Shown piece after piece: positions 39,916 through 49,577 of a stretch of DNA of 64,000 nucleotides. The stretch is from an uncultured Nitrospiraceae bacterium (GTDB lineage Bacteria > Nitrospirota > Nitrospiria > Nitrospirales > Nitrospiraceae), in the NCBI GenBank assembly GCA_963706325.1, contig CAVPLT010000006.1:146194-210193 (forward strand), written 5' to 3'. The notes under the pieces are model-generated. The model was given only the letters and a program-made list of their open reading frames with translations. It had not been told where the DNA came from and did not search any database. Position 1 is the first letter of the stretch. The number at the start of each line of letters is the position of its first letter. A program made the translations under genes and the position numbers.

Positions 39916-40040
39916 GCAGGAAGTTGAAAAAGTCCGCCAGCGGCGTTCTCGCATCGTTCAGAGCCTCAGCGTACCGCAAGGGTACGCCTCGCCTCTTCTC
40001 TCGCTGCGGCCTTGCTGAACAGCCGTTTTGACCATCCTGC
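39916..40040 (+). repeat. Family 1 hairpin repeat, copy D
   Basis: GCAGG...CCTGC termini; the 21-mer CGTACCGCAAGGGTACGCCTC and CTGCGGCCTTGCTG are identical to copy A. Confidence 0.8.
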
Positions 40041-40142
40041 TGCTTCACTGCACTCATATTCAGTTGAACTACTGCATGTTCTCGCGGCTCCTAGATTCTT
40101 CCAGCGGCTTTGAATCGCTCAGCGCATGAACCCCGCCGCCGC

Positions 40143-40742
40143 CTAGGAAAGCAATCCGAGCTCGGTGAACCGCGTTTCGATGGCTGACAAGATATGCGGG
40201 CGTAATTCGGCTCGATAGGGAGTGAGAGAGTCGTCGCGCAAGTACCGGTCGAGGGTCTGCGGTAGTTTCTTCCACCAGGTTCGAGCGGTCTCCCGCGCCT
40301 GCTGAGCCCGCGTCTCCCCGCTCGCCAGGATCACAGTCAGTTCCTTCGCAAAGAACCCCACGTGCACCAGTTCATCGTCGAGAATCTCAGATAGATCAGG
40401 CCTGAGGGTGGCAAGTAGTCGGGCGAACTCCAGGCCGAGCGCTTCATAGCCGAACAGCAGTACCGCCAGCGCTTCCCATTGTGACGGCACGGTGGGCAAC
40501 GTCGGCGGCCGTTGCGACGTCGTCCCCAACATCGATTCGAACTGGCGCAGATGATCCTGCTCATCGGTTTCGTGCCGTTGAAGAAACACTTGCACATGGC
40601 GGGGAAGATTCTGGGTTTGAGCGGCGCGCACAGCCCACAGCGCCATTGCCTCGGCGCGTAGAAACCGCTCAAGCAGGGCGCGTTCACAGGTGGCGGGAAG
40701 GACGACGGTAAGCGTCGTAGAAATGGAATCGGATGTCGACAT
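40143..40742 (-). CDS. Ferritin-like (di-iron carboxylate) protein
   Basis: E (RAEAM)...ExxH (DEQDH)...E (YEALG)...ExxH (DELVH) ligand pattern. Confidence 0.7.
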   Translation of the reverse strand: MSTSDSISTTLTVVLPATCERALLERFLRAEAMALWAVRAAQTQNLPRHVQVFLQRHETDEQDHLRQFESMLGTTSQRPPTLPTVPSQWEALAVLLFGYEALGLEFARLLATLRPDLSEILDDELVHVGFFAKELTVILASGETRAQQARETARTWWKKLPQTLDRYLRDDSLTPYRAELRPHILSAIETRFTELGLLS

Positions 40743-40866
40743 TGCCGGCAGTCTACCTGAACGAGAGACTGTCCGCCAGACTCCATGCCTTCGCCGTTGG
40801 ACCCAGCGACAGGAACGTATTCGACCGTCTCGCATTGCGACGCGAGGGTCGGTTCTCCAGCGTCCT

Positions 40867-41066
40867 CAGCCTGAATTGATGAATCAACACCCGCATGCGC
40901 TTTGCCACCGTTGAGAGTTGAGTCGTTGAGGTCAATGCCTCATCGATACTCGTTTCGTTTTGTCCGCTGATTGTCTTCACACCGTGCACGTTCTTCGCCA
41001 ATCGCGCCGCCGCAATGCTCTGTTCGCTAATCGATCCGGCATGACCCTCTGGGCCGTCGTCAGGAT
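40867..41066 (-). pseudogene. Remnant of a methyl-accepting chemotaxis protein C-terminus
   Basis: ...ISEQSIAAARLAKNVHGVKTISGQNETSIDEALTSTTQLSTVAKRMRVLIHQFRL follows the MCP C-terminal methylation helix pattern (EQS...L...V..FKL); no N-terminal part. Confidence 0.55.
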
Positions 41067-41073
41067 CGGATGG

Positions 41074-41274
41074 TCACCGCACCGTTGGTGGTTCAAGCGG
41101 ACCGGCCCATTCGCCCTTCGTCAATCCTACTTCTTGTGACGTGCCGTCGGGCCATTGAAAATAGCCGACCTCATCGACGAACAGAATCAACAGCTCGGTG
41201 TCCTCTTCCAGCCCGCGCCACCAATACCATCCGGCCATCTTCGGCTTGTCATCCGTCCACACCAATCGTTCCAT
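41074..41274 (-). CDS. Small Trp-rich hypothetical protein (66 aa)
   Basis: WTDDKPKMAGWYWWR...WAGPLEPP; GGGAG RBS. Confidence 0.7.
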   Translation of the reverse strand: MERLVWTDDKPKMAGWYWWRGLEEDTELLILFVDEVGYFQWPDGTSQEVGLTKGEWAGPLEPPTVR

Positions 41275-41371
41275 GAGAAGCTCGTCTCCCTATGAGTCAT
41301 TCCACGCTCGGCGTGCAAGGCCTGTTTCTGATACAGTCCCTGTCAAATTCCATTCCCGGGCGCACCCTATC

Positions 41372-43870
41372 ATGGACCAACTACCAATAGAAGAGGCGTT
41401 ACCACGTCTGCGAGCGGCCCTGGCCGACCGACAAGCGGCACTGCTGACAGCGCAGCCGGGCGCGGGGAAAACCACCCGAGTGCCGCTCGCGCTCCTCGAC
41501 CAACCCTGGCTCGCCGGGCAGAAGGTGGTGCTGCTGGAGCCGCGTCGTCTGGCCGCGCGTGCAGCGGCAACCTATATGGCGGCGTCCTTGAACGAACCAG
41601 TCGGCCGAACCGTGGGATACCGGATTCGCCACGATACCAAGGTCGGACCGGACACGCGCATCGAAGTGGTGACCGAAGGCATTCTCACGCGCCTGCTTCA
41701 GCATGATCCTTCACTCGCCGGGTACGGCCTCGTCATCTTCGATGAGTTTCACGAACGCAATCTGCAGGCAGATCTGGGCCTGGCCTTCGCGCGAGAATCC
41801 CAGCGGATATTCCGACCGGACCTTCGCCTGCTGGTCATGTCGGCGACATTGGACTGTGCCGCCGTGACGCGTCTGCTCCATGATGCCGAGACCATCTCCT
41901 GCGAGGGCCGCCTCTTTCCTGTCAGCACGCATTACCTTCACCAGCCGATCGCAGGCCATCTCGAACCGGCCGTCGTGCAAAACATTCGTCAAGCCTTGGC
42001 CCGTGATGCCGGGAGTCTATTGGTCTTTCTCCCGGGCATGGCTGAGATCCGTCGTGTCGAACGGCAGCTTCGAGACGCCTCGCTCGGTTCCGACATCCTC
42101 ATCGCGCCCCTGCATGGAGCGCTGTCGCAGCAGGAACAGGAACAGGCGATTCTTCCCGCGCCGCCGGGCCAACGAAAGATTGTGCTCGCCACCTCCATCG
42201 CCGAAACGAGTTTGACCATTGAAGGCGTGCGAGTCGTCATCGACGCCGGACTCATGCGCGTGCCGCGTTTCGATCCTCGCTCGGGATTGACCAGACTCGA
42301 CACCATTCGTGTCACGCAGGATGCCGCTGACCAACGACGCGGCCGCGCCGGTCGCCTGGAACCCGGCAGCTGCTATCGACTCTGGACGGTCGCCGAGCAA
42401 GCAGCGCTTCTCCCCCGCCGTCCTCCGGAGATTCTGGAAGCAGATCTCACGCCGCTGGCCCTGGACTTGGCTGAGTGGGGCGCCGTCGAAGCGACCGAGT
42501 TGCCGTGGCTGGATCCACCGCCGACGGGCGCGTTGGCGCAGGCGCGTGAACTACTGCGGCAGCTTGGCGCGCTAAACGAAGAGGGCGCCCTCACGCCGCA
42601 CGGCCGCCGGCTTGCTCACGTGACCGTCCATCCTCGGCTGGCCCATATGATGGTGACTGCCGCCTCGCTCGGCTGGGGAAACTCCGCCTGTGACTTGGCT
42701 GCGCTGCTGAGCGAACGCGATATTCTGCAAGGCGGACCAGGGTGGCGAAATGCCGATCTCCGCATCAGGATCGAAGCCTTGCGAGGCACGAGGGATCACC
42801 TGGCCGGAGCGACGATCAATCGAGCGGCCTGTGAGCGGGTGCGTCGCGCGTCGGAACAATGGCGGCGGCAGTTGCAACTCAAACCGACAGGCGGCGACAG
42901 TCCCGATCATATCGGCATCCTGCTCGCCTTCGCCTATCCAGACCGCATCGCGCAACGAATCTCTGAAAACGACGGCCGGTATCGATTGGCCAACGGCCGC
43001 GGCGCGTCCTTCCAGACCGTTCAGGGGTTATCACAAGACGAATATCTGGTGGTCGCTCAGCTCGACGGCACCGGCGACTGGGCGAGGATTCTTCTCGCCG
43101 CACCCGTCACGCTGAATGAACTCAAACAATCTTGTCCGGATCAACTTCAGCGCGTCGACCTGCTGGAATGGGACGCACGTTCACAGAGCGTCCTGGCGAG
43201 ACGACAGCAGCGGCTGGGGCAACTCATCCTCGACGACCGTGGGCTTCACGACCCCGATCACGAGGAAGTCTTGAGGGCGCTTCTATTAGGCATCCAACAG
43301 GCAGGACTGGCCTGTCTGCCCTGGACGAAGGATCTGCAGCAGTGGCGGCGACGGGTCGCCTTCCTCCACCATGTCGATCCCGCCTGGCCGGATCTTTCGG
43401 ACGAGGCGCTTGAGAAAGATCTCTCCCGCTGGTTAGGCCCCTACCTTGATGGCCTGACAAGTCTCGCGCAGGTCCGCCGCATCGATCTCCGGCCGCCGCT
43501 TGAAGCCCTGCTGACATGGCAACGGCGGCAGGAATTGGATCGCCTCATGCCCACGCATCTCACCGTACCTAGTGGGTCCCATGTGCGGTTGGATTACGAA
43601 CAGGGTGAGACGCCGGTGCTGGCGGTGCGCTTGCAGGAAATGTTCGGCTGTCAGGAGACACCGCGGATTGCCGGAGGCAAAGTACCGGTCATTATCCATC
43701 TGCTGTCACCGGCAGGACGGCCCGTGCAGGTCACGAAAGATTTGGCGAGCTTCTGGCGTTCAGCCTACCAAGAGGTGAAGAAAGAACTGCGAGGGCGTTA
43801 TCCGCGGCACCATTGGCCCGATGATCCCCTGACGGCACAACCAACGAACCGTACCAAGCGACGTTCCTGA
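41372..43870 (+). CDS. hrpB: ATP-dependent helicase HrpB
   Basis: PGAGKTT, DEFHER, MSATL, QRRGRAGR, LLSPAGRP, RGRYPRHHWP. Confidence 0.96.
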   Translation: MDQLPIEEALPRLRAALADRQAALLTAQPGAGKTTRVPLALLDQPWLAGQKVVLLEPRRLAARAAATYMAASLNEPVGRTVGYRIRHDTKVGPDTRIEVVTEGILTRLLQHDPSLAGYGLVIFDEFHERNLQADLGLAFARESQRIFRPDLRLLVMSATLDCAAVTRLLHDAETISCEGRLFPVSTHYLHQPIAGHLEPAVVQNIRQALARDAGSLLVFLPGMAEIRRVERQLRDASLGSDILIAPLHGALSQQEQEQAILPAPPGQRKIVLATSIAETSLTIEGVRVVIDAGLMRVPRFDPRSGLTRLDTIRVTQDAADQRRGRAGRLEPGSCYRLWTVAEQAALLPRRPPEILEADLTPLALDLAEWGAVEATELPWLDPPPTGALAQARELLRQLGALNEEGALTPHGRRLAHVTVHPRLAHMMVTAASLGWGNSACDLAALLSERDILQGGPGWRNADLRIRIEALRGTRDHLAGATINRAACERVRRASEQWRRQLQLKPTGGDSPDHIGILLAFAYPDRIAQRISENDGRYRLANGRGASFQTVQGLSQDEYLVVAQLDGTGDWARILLAAPVTLNELKQSCPDQLQRVDLLEWDARSQSVLARRQQRLGQLILDDRGLHDPDHEEVLRALLLGIQQAGLACLPWTKDLQQWRRRVAFLHHVDPAWPDLSDEALEKDLSRWLGPYLDGLTSLAQVRRIDLRPPLEALLTWQRRQELDRLMPTHLTVPSGSHVRLDYEQGETPVLAVRLQEMFGCQETPRIAGGKVPVIIHLLSPAGRPVQVTKDLASFWRSAYQEVKKELRGRYPRHHWPDDPLTAQPTNRTKRRS

Positions 43871-44247
43871 TCGGCCCTCATGAGATTCTCGTCTTTGCCT
43901 GTCAATTCCAGCTCATACCATTCAACGCCTGCCCGGACAGCACATCCACACCGACTCGCGCCAGAAAAAATAATTTGCCGTCACCTGCTCTTTTTCTTCG
44001 GCTCGCACGGTGCTGATCCCCTCGTCTGTAGCTCAGGCACACACATTTTCTACGCTACGGAAGACCGAGCACATCACCTTGACGAAGATTCCCTAGGTGA
44101 TAGGGTTAACTGAGCAGTGCAGATCGCCTCTCCTCTGAATAACGGATAAGAGCCGTGATTGAACCTCAGCGCATCGCTCTTCCACTCCGCGATTTTCCCC
44201 CTGGACAGCATCTAGTCCGATCTTAAGACTAGTGATCTGAAGCCCCC

Positions 44248-44571
44248 ATGAACCAGCAGCGCCAACAATACCGAATATCAATTGAACGTACCGGACGGCT
44301 CACGCGCCAGGGCGAGGTGAGCGAATGCCACGTATCGGACCTGACGGAACAAGGGTTTCAGATTCAAACGAACATTCCTCTCGCGATGGGCGAGGTGGTT
44401 CGCCTCACCTGTCCGCTCGACCTTCACACGGAGGTCGAGTGTGGCATTGCGGTGACCCACGCACGCCCGCAGGTTTTCGGAACTCGCATCGTCGACATTG
44501 CGCCCGAACAGCAAGAGCGTCTCGCGTGTTTCATTCAGCGCCTCATCACCTTGACCATGATGGGACTGTAG
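44248..44571 (+). CDS. Stand-alone PilZ-domain protein
   Basis: QRQQYR (RxxxR) and DLTEQG (D/NxSxxG-like). Confidence 0.75.
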   Translation: MNQQRQQYRISIERTGRLTRQGEVSECHVSDLTEQGFQIQTNIPLAMGEVVRLTCPLDLHTEVECGIAVTHARPQVFGTRIVDIAPEQQERLACFIQRLITLTMMGL

Positions 44572-44573
44572 CG

Positions 44574-45572
44574 ATGGCACCTGGGTCCGATCGGCCCGCC
44601 GCAAGACCGGACGCTCGCCCCATCGACCGGTGGGTGCCAATGCTCTGTCTGACCGGCGTCATCATGCTCGTGAGTTCCATCACGCCCGCGATCAAGTACA
44701 CACTCCAGCACAGCCCGGTGGATTTTCTCGAATTGGCATCCGTTCGCATCGTGATCGGATTCCTGTTTCTTGCAGGAATCACCACCTGGATCGACCTCCG
44801 CGGCCTGCGGGCCCTGTCGGCCCGTCACATGGTGCAACTGACTCTGCTGGGGATGCTCGGCGCGGGTGGCTACCCAATCGGCGCCTGGGGGTTGGCCTAT
44901 ACCAGCGTCACTCACTTTGCCATCATCTATAGTTTGCTCCCGACGTTCACCGCGCTCATCAGCATCGGCTGCAAACGAGATCGGGCTAATGTCTCGATGA
45001 TTTCCGGCCTGCTCCTTTCCTGGGCCGGCTGTCTGCTCGCCGTCACCGGGAGCTTCTCCCTCTCGGGATCCGGCCTGGGATTCGGTGATGCCCTCATCCT
45101 TCTCTTTACGCTGATGATGTCGTGTTATCTCGTCCTAAGCCCGAACCTCGTCAAACGACTCGGCGTCTGGACCTCCAACACCATCATGTTCGGAACAACG
45201 TCCGTTCTGATCCTGGCCGGCGAGACGGCCAGAGGCACGGCCCTGCACACCGATATGTCAGGCCTCGTGGTCGGACTGCTCTTCTTCATCGGCACGGCCA
45301 CCGCAGGGGTGTTTCTGTTACGATCCCGAGCCTTGCAATCATTGACTCCTGCCATCGTGGGCGCCTATCACAACCTCATACCGATTTGCACTATCGGTCT
45401 CGCCTATCTCCTGTTGAATGAGCCCGTGACGATGTTTACCATCCTCGGCGCAGCCACCGTGGTGGCCGGCACAGAGTTGGTACGGCGCGCACCCCTTGTG
45501 ACCGCCGCCGGACGCAGCGTATCCGATCCCATCCAGCCCTGTGGTCTCAGACCCGGGACCATGAAGCGGTAG
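44574..45572 (+). CDS. DMT/EamA family transporter
   Basis: About 10 TM helices in two repeats; GLAYTS, LLPTFT, YLLLNEP. Confidence 0.85.
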   Translation: MAPGSDRPAARPDARPIDRWVPMLCLTGVIMLVSSITPAIKYTLQHSPVDFLELASVRIVIGFLFLAGITTWIDLRGLRALSARHMVQLTLLGMLGAGGYPIGAWGLAYTSVTHFAIIYSLLPTFTALISIGCKRDRANVSMISGLLLSWAGCLLAVTGSFSLSGSGLGFGDALILLFTLMMSCYLVLSPNLVKRLGVWTSNTIMFGTTSVLILAGETARGTALHTDMSGLVVGLLFFIGTATAGVFLLRSRALQSLTPAIVGAYHNLIPICTIGLAYLLLNEPVTMFTILGAATVVAGTELVRRAPLVTAAGRSVSDPIQPCGLRPGTMKR

Positions 45573-45678
45573 ACTGCACGGTCGGCTCATTGCGCCGATC
45601 AGTCCCCCTTGCTAAAGTCCGACCTTTCCAGCATCCTTGCCCTTCACCGTCTTACTCATCACCAGCAGCGAGCCCACG

Positions 45679-46227
45679 ATGGACCATTTCGCGATCGTCA
45701 CTGCATTCGGGCAGGACCGCCCAGGCATGGTGGCCCTGATGGCGGACAGTCTCTACCAGCTCGGCTGTAATATTGAAGACACCTGTATGACCCGGCTGCG
45801 TGGCGAGTTCACCATGATGCTCATGGTACGCCTCCCGAAGGACACAGACGCGGAGACGCTGGCCGGTCGGCTGACCACCGCGCTGACACCCCATAACCTC
45901 GCCGTCTTGTGCAGATCGATGCCAGACAGGGCAGCGGCGCGACAGGCCGCCCTGGAGATCCCGACGTTCATGCTGTCGGTCTATGGCGCCGACCATCCGG
46001 GCATCGTGGCGCACGTGGCGCGCACCGTCGCCCATCATGGCGGCAACATTACCGACATGAACACTCGCGTGATCGGATCGGGGAACAGGCCCGTCTATGT
46101 CATGGTTCTGGAAATTCAACTGCCGGACTCGACTCAAGCCGAACAGCTCAGGCACGCGCTGGAAGAACTCAAGCCGCTGCTGGGCGTGGACCTGACTTTC
46201 CGCCCGCTCGAGAGCGTCACCTTCTAA
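45679..46227 (+). CDS. gcvR: GcvR-like double-ACT-domain protein
   Basis: GQDRPGMV...GCNIED and GADHPGIV...GGNITD. Confidence 0.8.
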   Translation: MDHFAIVTAFGQDRPGMVALMADSLYQLGCNIEDTCMTRLRGEFTMMLMVRLPKDTDAETLAGRLTTALTPHNLAVLCRSMPDRAAARQAALEIPTFMLSVYGADHPGIVAHVARTVAHHGGNITDMNTRVIGSGNRPVYVMVLEIQLPDSTQAEQLRHALEELKPLLGVDLTFRPLESVTF

Positions 46228-46229
46228 TC

Positions 46230-46721
46230 GTGGCTATTCGTCCCATCCTGCTGTATCCCCATCAGGGACTCAAATCCAAGGCGGGAGCCGTCGTCCCCAG
46301 CGATCCGGCCGTGCAGACCGTCATCCAGGATCTGCTCGATACCCTTGCCGCATCGCCCGGCGTGGCGCTGGCGGCGCCGCAGATCGATCATCCTGTGCAG
46401 GTGATCGTCGTGGACGTGTCACGGAAAAAAGGTGAGACGGGTCATGGGCTCACGGTGTTACTGAACCCGGTGATCGTGGCGTTGGAAGGTCGGAAGATCC
46501 TTCGCGAAGGATGCCTTAGCGTGCCGGATTACATAGGCAATGTCCTGCGACACGAACAAGCAATCGTGGAAGGCCTGGCGCCGGACGGGCGAGTCTTGAC
46601 GCTCAGCACATCGGGCTTCGAGGCGCTCGCCTTTCAGCACGAAGTCGACCATCTGCAGGGCACACTCTTTCTAGACCGCATTCAGTCGCTCAGCACGGAC
46701 CTGTTTAGACGGAAGCCATAG
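46230..46721 (+). CDS. def: Peptide deformylase
   Basis: GVALAAPQI, EGCLS, QHEVDHLQG; GTG start. Confidence 0.93.
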   Translation: MAIRPILLYPHQGLKSKAGAVVPSDPAVQTVIQDLLDTLAASPGVALAAPQIDHPVQVIVVDVSRKKGETGHGLTVLLNPVIVALEGRKILREGCLSVPDYIGNVLRHEQAIVEGLAPDGRVLTLSTSGFEALAFQHEVDHLQGTLFLDRIQSLSTDLFRRKP

Positions 46722-46772
46722 CATACAAGGCGAGCGTTCAATGGTGCCGATCACGTGCGTGACATCCGCGGA

Positions 46773-47219
46773 TTACTTTTTGGCTCTCCATCCCCGCAGA
46801 CGTGCCAGGACGGCCTCCTGTTGCTCCGCCGTAAGCGTGGCGGCGAGCGCATCGCGGCGCACACGGGCGCGGCCGCTATCCTGTCGGCTGGAAAGGGAAT
46901 ACCAGAAGAACGCTTCGAGGGTATCCTGCGCGACTCCCCGTCCCAACTCGTACAACCCCCCAAGATCCCGTTGCGCCAGCCCGTGCCCCTGATCAGCCGC
47001 CCGCTCCAGCCATTGCACTGCTTCCGCGTCATCAGTCGATCCCAAATCGCCCGTGAGCAAGGCCTGCCCTAACATCCATTGCGCATTCGCATCACCCTGT
47101 CCGGCCAAGGTTTGTAGTTGCTGTTGTGACGAAGGCTCAGCCGTCACAAACGACTGTGAACCACACACGAGTGCCATCACCACCCAGAAGCAACCACCCA
47201 AATGAACCGTTTTCGTCAT
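46773..47219 (-). CDS. Sel1-repeat exported protein
   Basis: AGQGDANAQWMLG, AADQGHGLAQRDLGGLYELGRGV. Confidence 0.85.
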   Translation of the reverse strand: MTKTVHLGGCFWVVMALVCGSQSFVTAEPSSQQQLQTLAGQGDANAQWMLGQALLTGDLGSTDDAEAVQWLERAADQGHGLAQRDLGGLYELGRGVAQDTLEAFFWYSLSSRQDSGRARVRRDALAATLTAEQQEAVLARLRGWRAKK

Positions 47220-47390
47220 AGGCGAATATCCTAAACGTGCGGCAGGGCAAACTCCAGCGTCTCGCACTAGACAGCGACTGGTATGACACTCTGGTAGGAG
47301 CGGCCGAGGCGACCGCAGCTCAACCGAGCCCGCTTGAACGCATCCCGCCTGTAGCATCTCCAACGGTGCTAAAAACAGGGACTGCCGCTC

Positions 47391-48326
47391 GTGGCTTCTC
47401 TTTCACGACTCAGCAGTGTAGAGTCACGCCATGATCCGGCATCACGCCATGCGTACGTCTCGAAGCCGCCAGGCAACGCAGTGAGTTCAACACAGCAGCC
47501 ACGAACAAGGCCCCCGGCCAACTCGCGGCCTGACCCGTCGGGCCGACCCGCTTCGCCACCCAGACCGACACATTCCTCCGGTCTGCCGGAATCAGGAGAC
47601 ACCAAGCGTGTCACGGTGGATCGCCTATTGTCTAAATTGGGCATTGCCAGCCGCAGTACCGCCCAGGAATGGATTCGCGCCGGGCGAGTCCGCATCAACC
47701 ACCGTCTCGTTCGCCTCCCCGGCACCTGGGTGTCATGGCCGGGCGACAGTCTCGTGGTCGATGGAAAACCGGTCGAGGAACCCGGCAAGCGCTTCATCAT
47801 CTTTCACAAACCAAAGGGTCTGCTCACCACGCATGAAGATGAGCAGGGTCGTAGAACCATTTTCGATGTGCTGCCTCGCGAGTTGCGGGCGCTGCATGCG
47901 GTCGGACGGCTCGATCAGGCCACCAGCGGGCTGTTGTTACTGACCAACGACTCGGCGCTTTCAAGCTTTCTGACTGACCCGAAGCAGCAAGTGCCCCGCC
48001 TCTATCTCGTGACGGTGCGAGGCGAGGTGACGGACGATAGGCGACAGGCCGCCATCGTCGGTCTCCTTGATCAAGGCGAGGCTTTGCGCTGTGAGAGCGT
48101 GACCATTCAGAAACGCTCCGGACGGGAATCTCATTTGGAAGTGACGCTCGTGGAGGGCAAGAACCGCGAGATCCGTCGACTCTTTAAAGCGCTGGGGCAC
48201 GAGGTCACCAGACTGCGGCGCATTCAATATGGACCCTTCGTGCTCAGCGACCTGCAACCAGGGCACTGGCGAGAAATAGCGATTGAAGAGGCGAGAACGA
48301 CAGTTCATCCTAACCGTCGAGATTAA
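47391..48326 (+). CDS. rRNA pseudouridine synthase (RsuA/RluB family, S4 domain)
   Basis: LGIASRS, HKPKG, VGRLD, EGKNREIRR; start uncertain. Confidence 0.9.
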   Translation: MASLSRLSSVESRHDPASRHAYVSKPPGNAVSSTQQPRTRPPANSRPDPSGRPASPPRPTHSSGLPESGDTKRVTVDRLLSKLGIASRSTAQEWIRAGRVRINHRLVRLPGTWVSWPGDSLVVDGKPVEEPGKRFIIFHKPKGLLTTHEDEQGRRTIFDVLPRELRALHAVGRLDQATSGLLLLTNDSALSSFLTDPKQQVPRLYLVTVRGEVTDDRRQAAIVGLLDQGEALRCESVTIQKRSGRESHLEVTLVEGKNREIRRLFKALGHEVTRLRRIQYGPFVLSDLQPGHWREIAIEEARTTVHPNRRD

Positions 48327-48441
48327 CCAGGCGCTCCGCCGCTGACCAGCCATCGGGACACCTGAGAGCACGGCTCCCATCTCAAATCAGCTGGAACAAC
48401 GCGGTGAGGATCAAGCCCCCACCGGGTTGTTCCAGAGTCTG

Positions 48442-48855
48442 CTAATAACCCCGGCCGCTGCTGCCACCGCGTCCCATACGATCGAACGGCAGAGCCTCAT
48501 AACGTTTCTTCAAGTCCGGATGCTCAGCGAGATAGCCCTTCACGGCCGCGTCATCGGCAAACACGTCTTTGCTGCGCGCTTTATACTCGTCGACCGTCAG
48601 ATCATACTTCGACAACAGCGCGCTGAGTTTTGTGTTGATGTCTTTCCCCATTTCGGCCATCTGCTCGGCTGAAGGTGGACGGCCTTCTGCGTAACGCTCG
48701 CCACCCTGGAAATAATTCGACATCATTTCGCCGATCTCGATACGCGCATTGACGAACTTTCCAACTTCCGCCGGTTCAGTCGCGCGAGCACCGCTCGCGA
48801 GTAAGATGACTCCCAACGACATACCGACAATCATACGTGCAGCATTCATCACCAT
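48442..48855 (-). CDS. Exported hypothetical protein
   Basis: Signal peptide ending ARA; GAGGA RBS. Confidence 0.7.
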   Translation of the reverse strand: MVMNAARMIVGMSLGVILLASGARATEPAEVGKFVNARIEIGEMMSNYFQGGERYAEGRPPSAEQMAEMGKDINTKLSALLSKYDLTVDEYKARSKDVFADDAAVKGYLAEHPDLKKRYEALPFDRMGRGGSSGRGY

Positions 48856-49111
48856 ACGGTCCTCTCAAAGTGTAAGTAAGAATGTCGTCAGCAACACACT
48901 TCGCATCATAACATCTCAGCCGGACGAGGTGCACGGCGCAATCACCATGGTGGCCTTTCGGGCAGGGCAGCAGAGACGCAGAGCGGCCCTGCCCAGCCAT
49001 GAGCGACCTTTAGTAGGGCGAGACGTGCTAAGCTGAGGCAGCGCGCCGTCCCGACCACAACTATAGCGAACACGGCGACGCACTCCTGGTATAGATGAAA
49101 GGAGAGAGTCG

Positions 49112-49429
49112 ATGAAGCTCACACCATTGCATGATTGGATCCTGATCCGAATCGGCGAGCCACACGGGAAGAGCACCGGCGGCATCATCATCCCGGATTC
49201 GGCACAAGAAGAACCAGAAGAGGGAGAGGTCCTCGCCGTGGGCGGGGGTCGCTTCGTCGAGGACAAGGACTCGAAAGAGAAGGTCAAGAAGAAGACCTTT
49301 GTGAAGACCACGCTCACGCCAGGCGAGCACATCCTGTATAAAAAATACGCCGCCCGGGAGGTCGAAGGTGGCGACGAGGAGTTGGTGCTGGTGCGTGAAG
49401 AGGATGTGTTGGGCTCTCTTCGGTCATGA
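49112..49429 (+). CDS. groES: Co-chaperonin GroES paralogue (no adjacent groEL)
   Basis: MKLTPLHDWILI, STGGIIIPDSA, GEVLAVG, VREEDVLG; AAGGAG RBS. Confidence 0.9.
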   Translation: MKLTPLHDWILIRIGEPHGKSTGGIIIPDSAQEEPEEGEVLAVGGGRFVEDKDSKEKVKKKTFVKTTLTPGEHILYKKYAAREVEGGDEELVLVREEDVLGSLRS

Positions 49430-49577
49430 CGATACGGCACCCGGGAGTGCGCTCATCACGGCTCACACTACGTGAACACACGACCCTGTGTGTGACTAGT
49501 CGTGCGCTGACGAAATACCTGAGGCCGTTGAGCTCTGCCTCGAATCTGAGCTGACGTAGAAAACGGGACCTTCGACT

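Noticed and set aside
40753..41001. BON-domain fragment (LAKNVHGVKTI) or a real 82-aa gene
   Set aside because: The flanking sequence (EQS...QL...LIHQFRL) fits an MCP C-terminus better, and there is no RBS.
43871..44247. c-di-GMP riboswitch upstream of the PilZ gene
   Set aside because: No GEMM-type GGCAAA/GNRA-receptor pattern was recognised; only a short IR (CTAGTC...GACTAG).
49430..49577. Mn-sensing yybP-ykoY riboswitch before the VIT1 gene
   Set aside because: The conserved GGGGAGUA-type core was not found.
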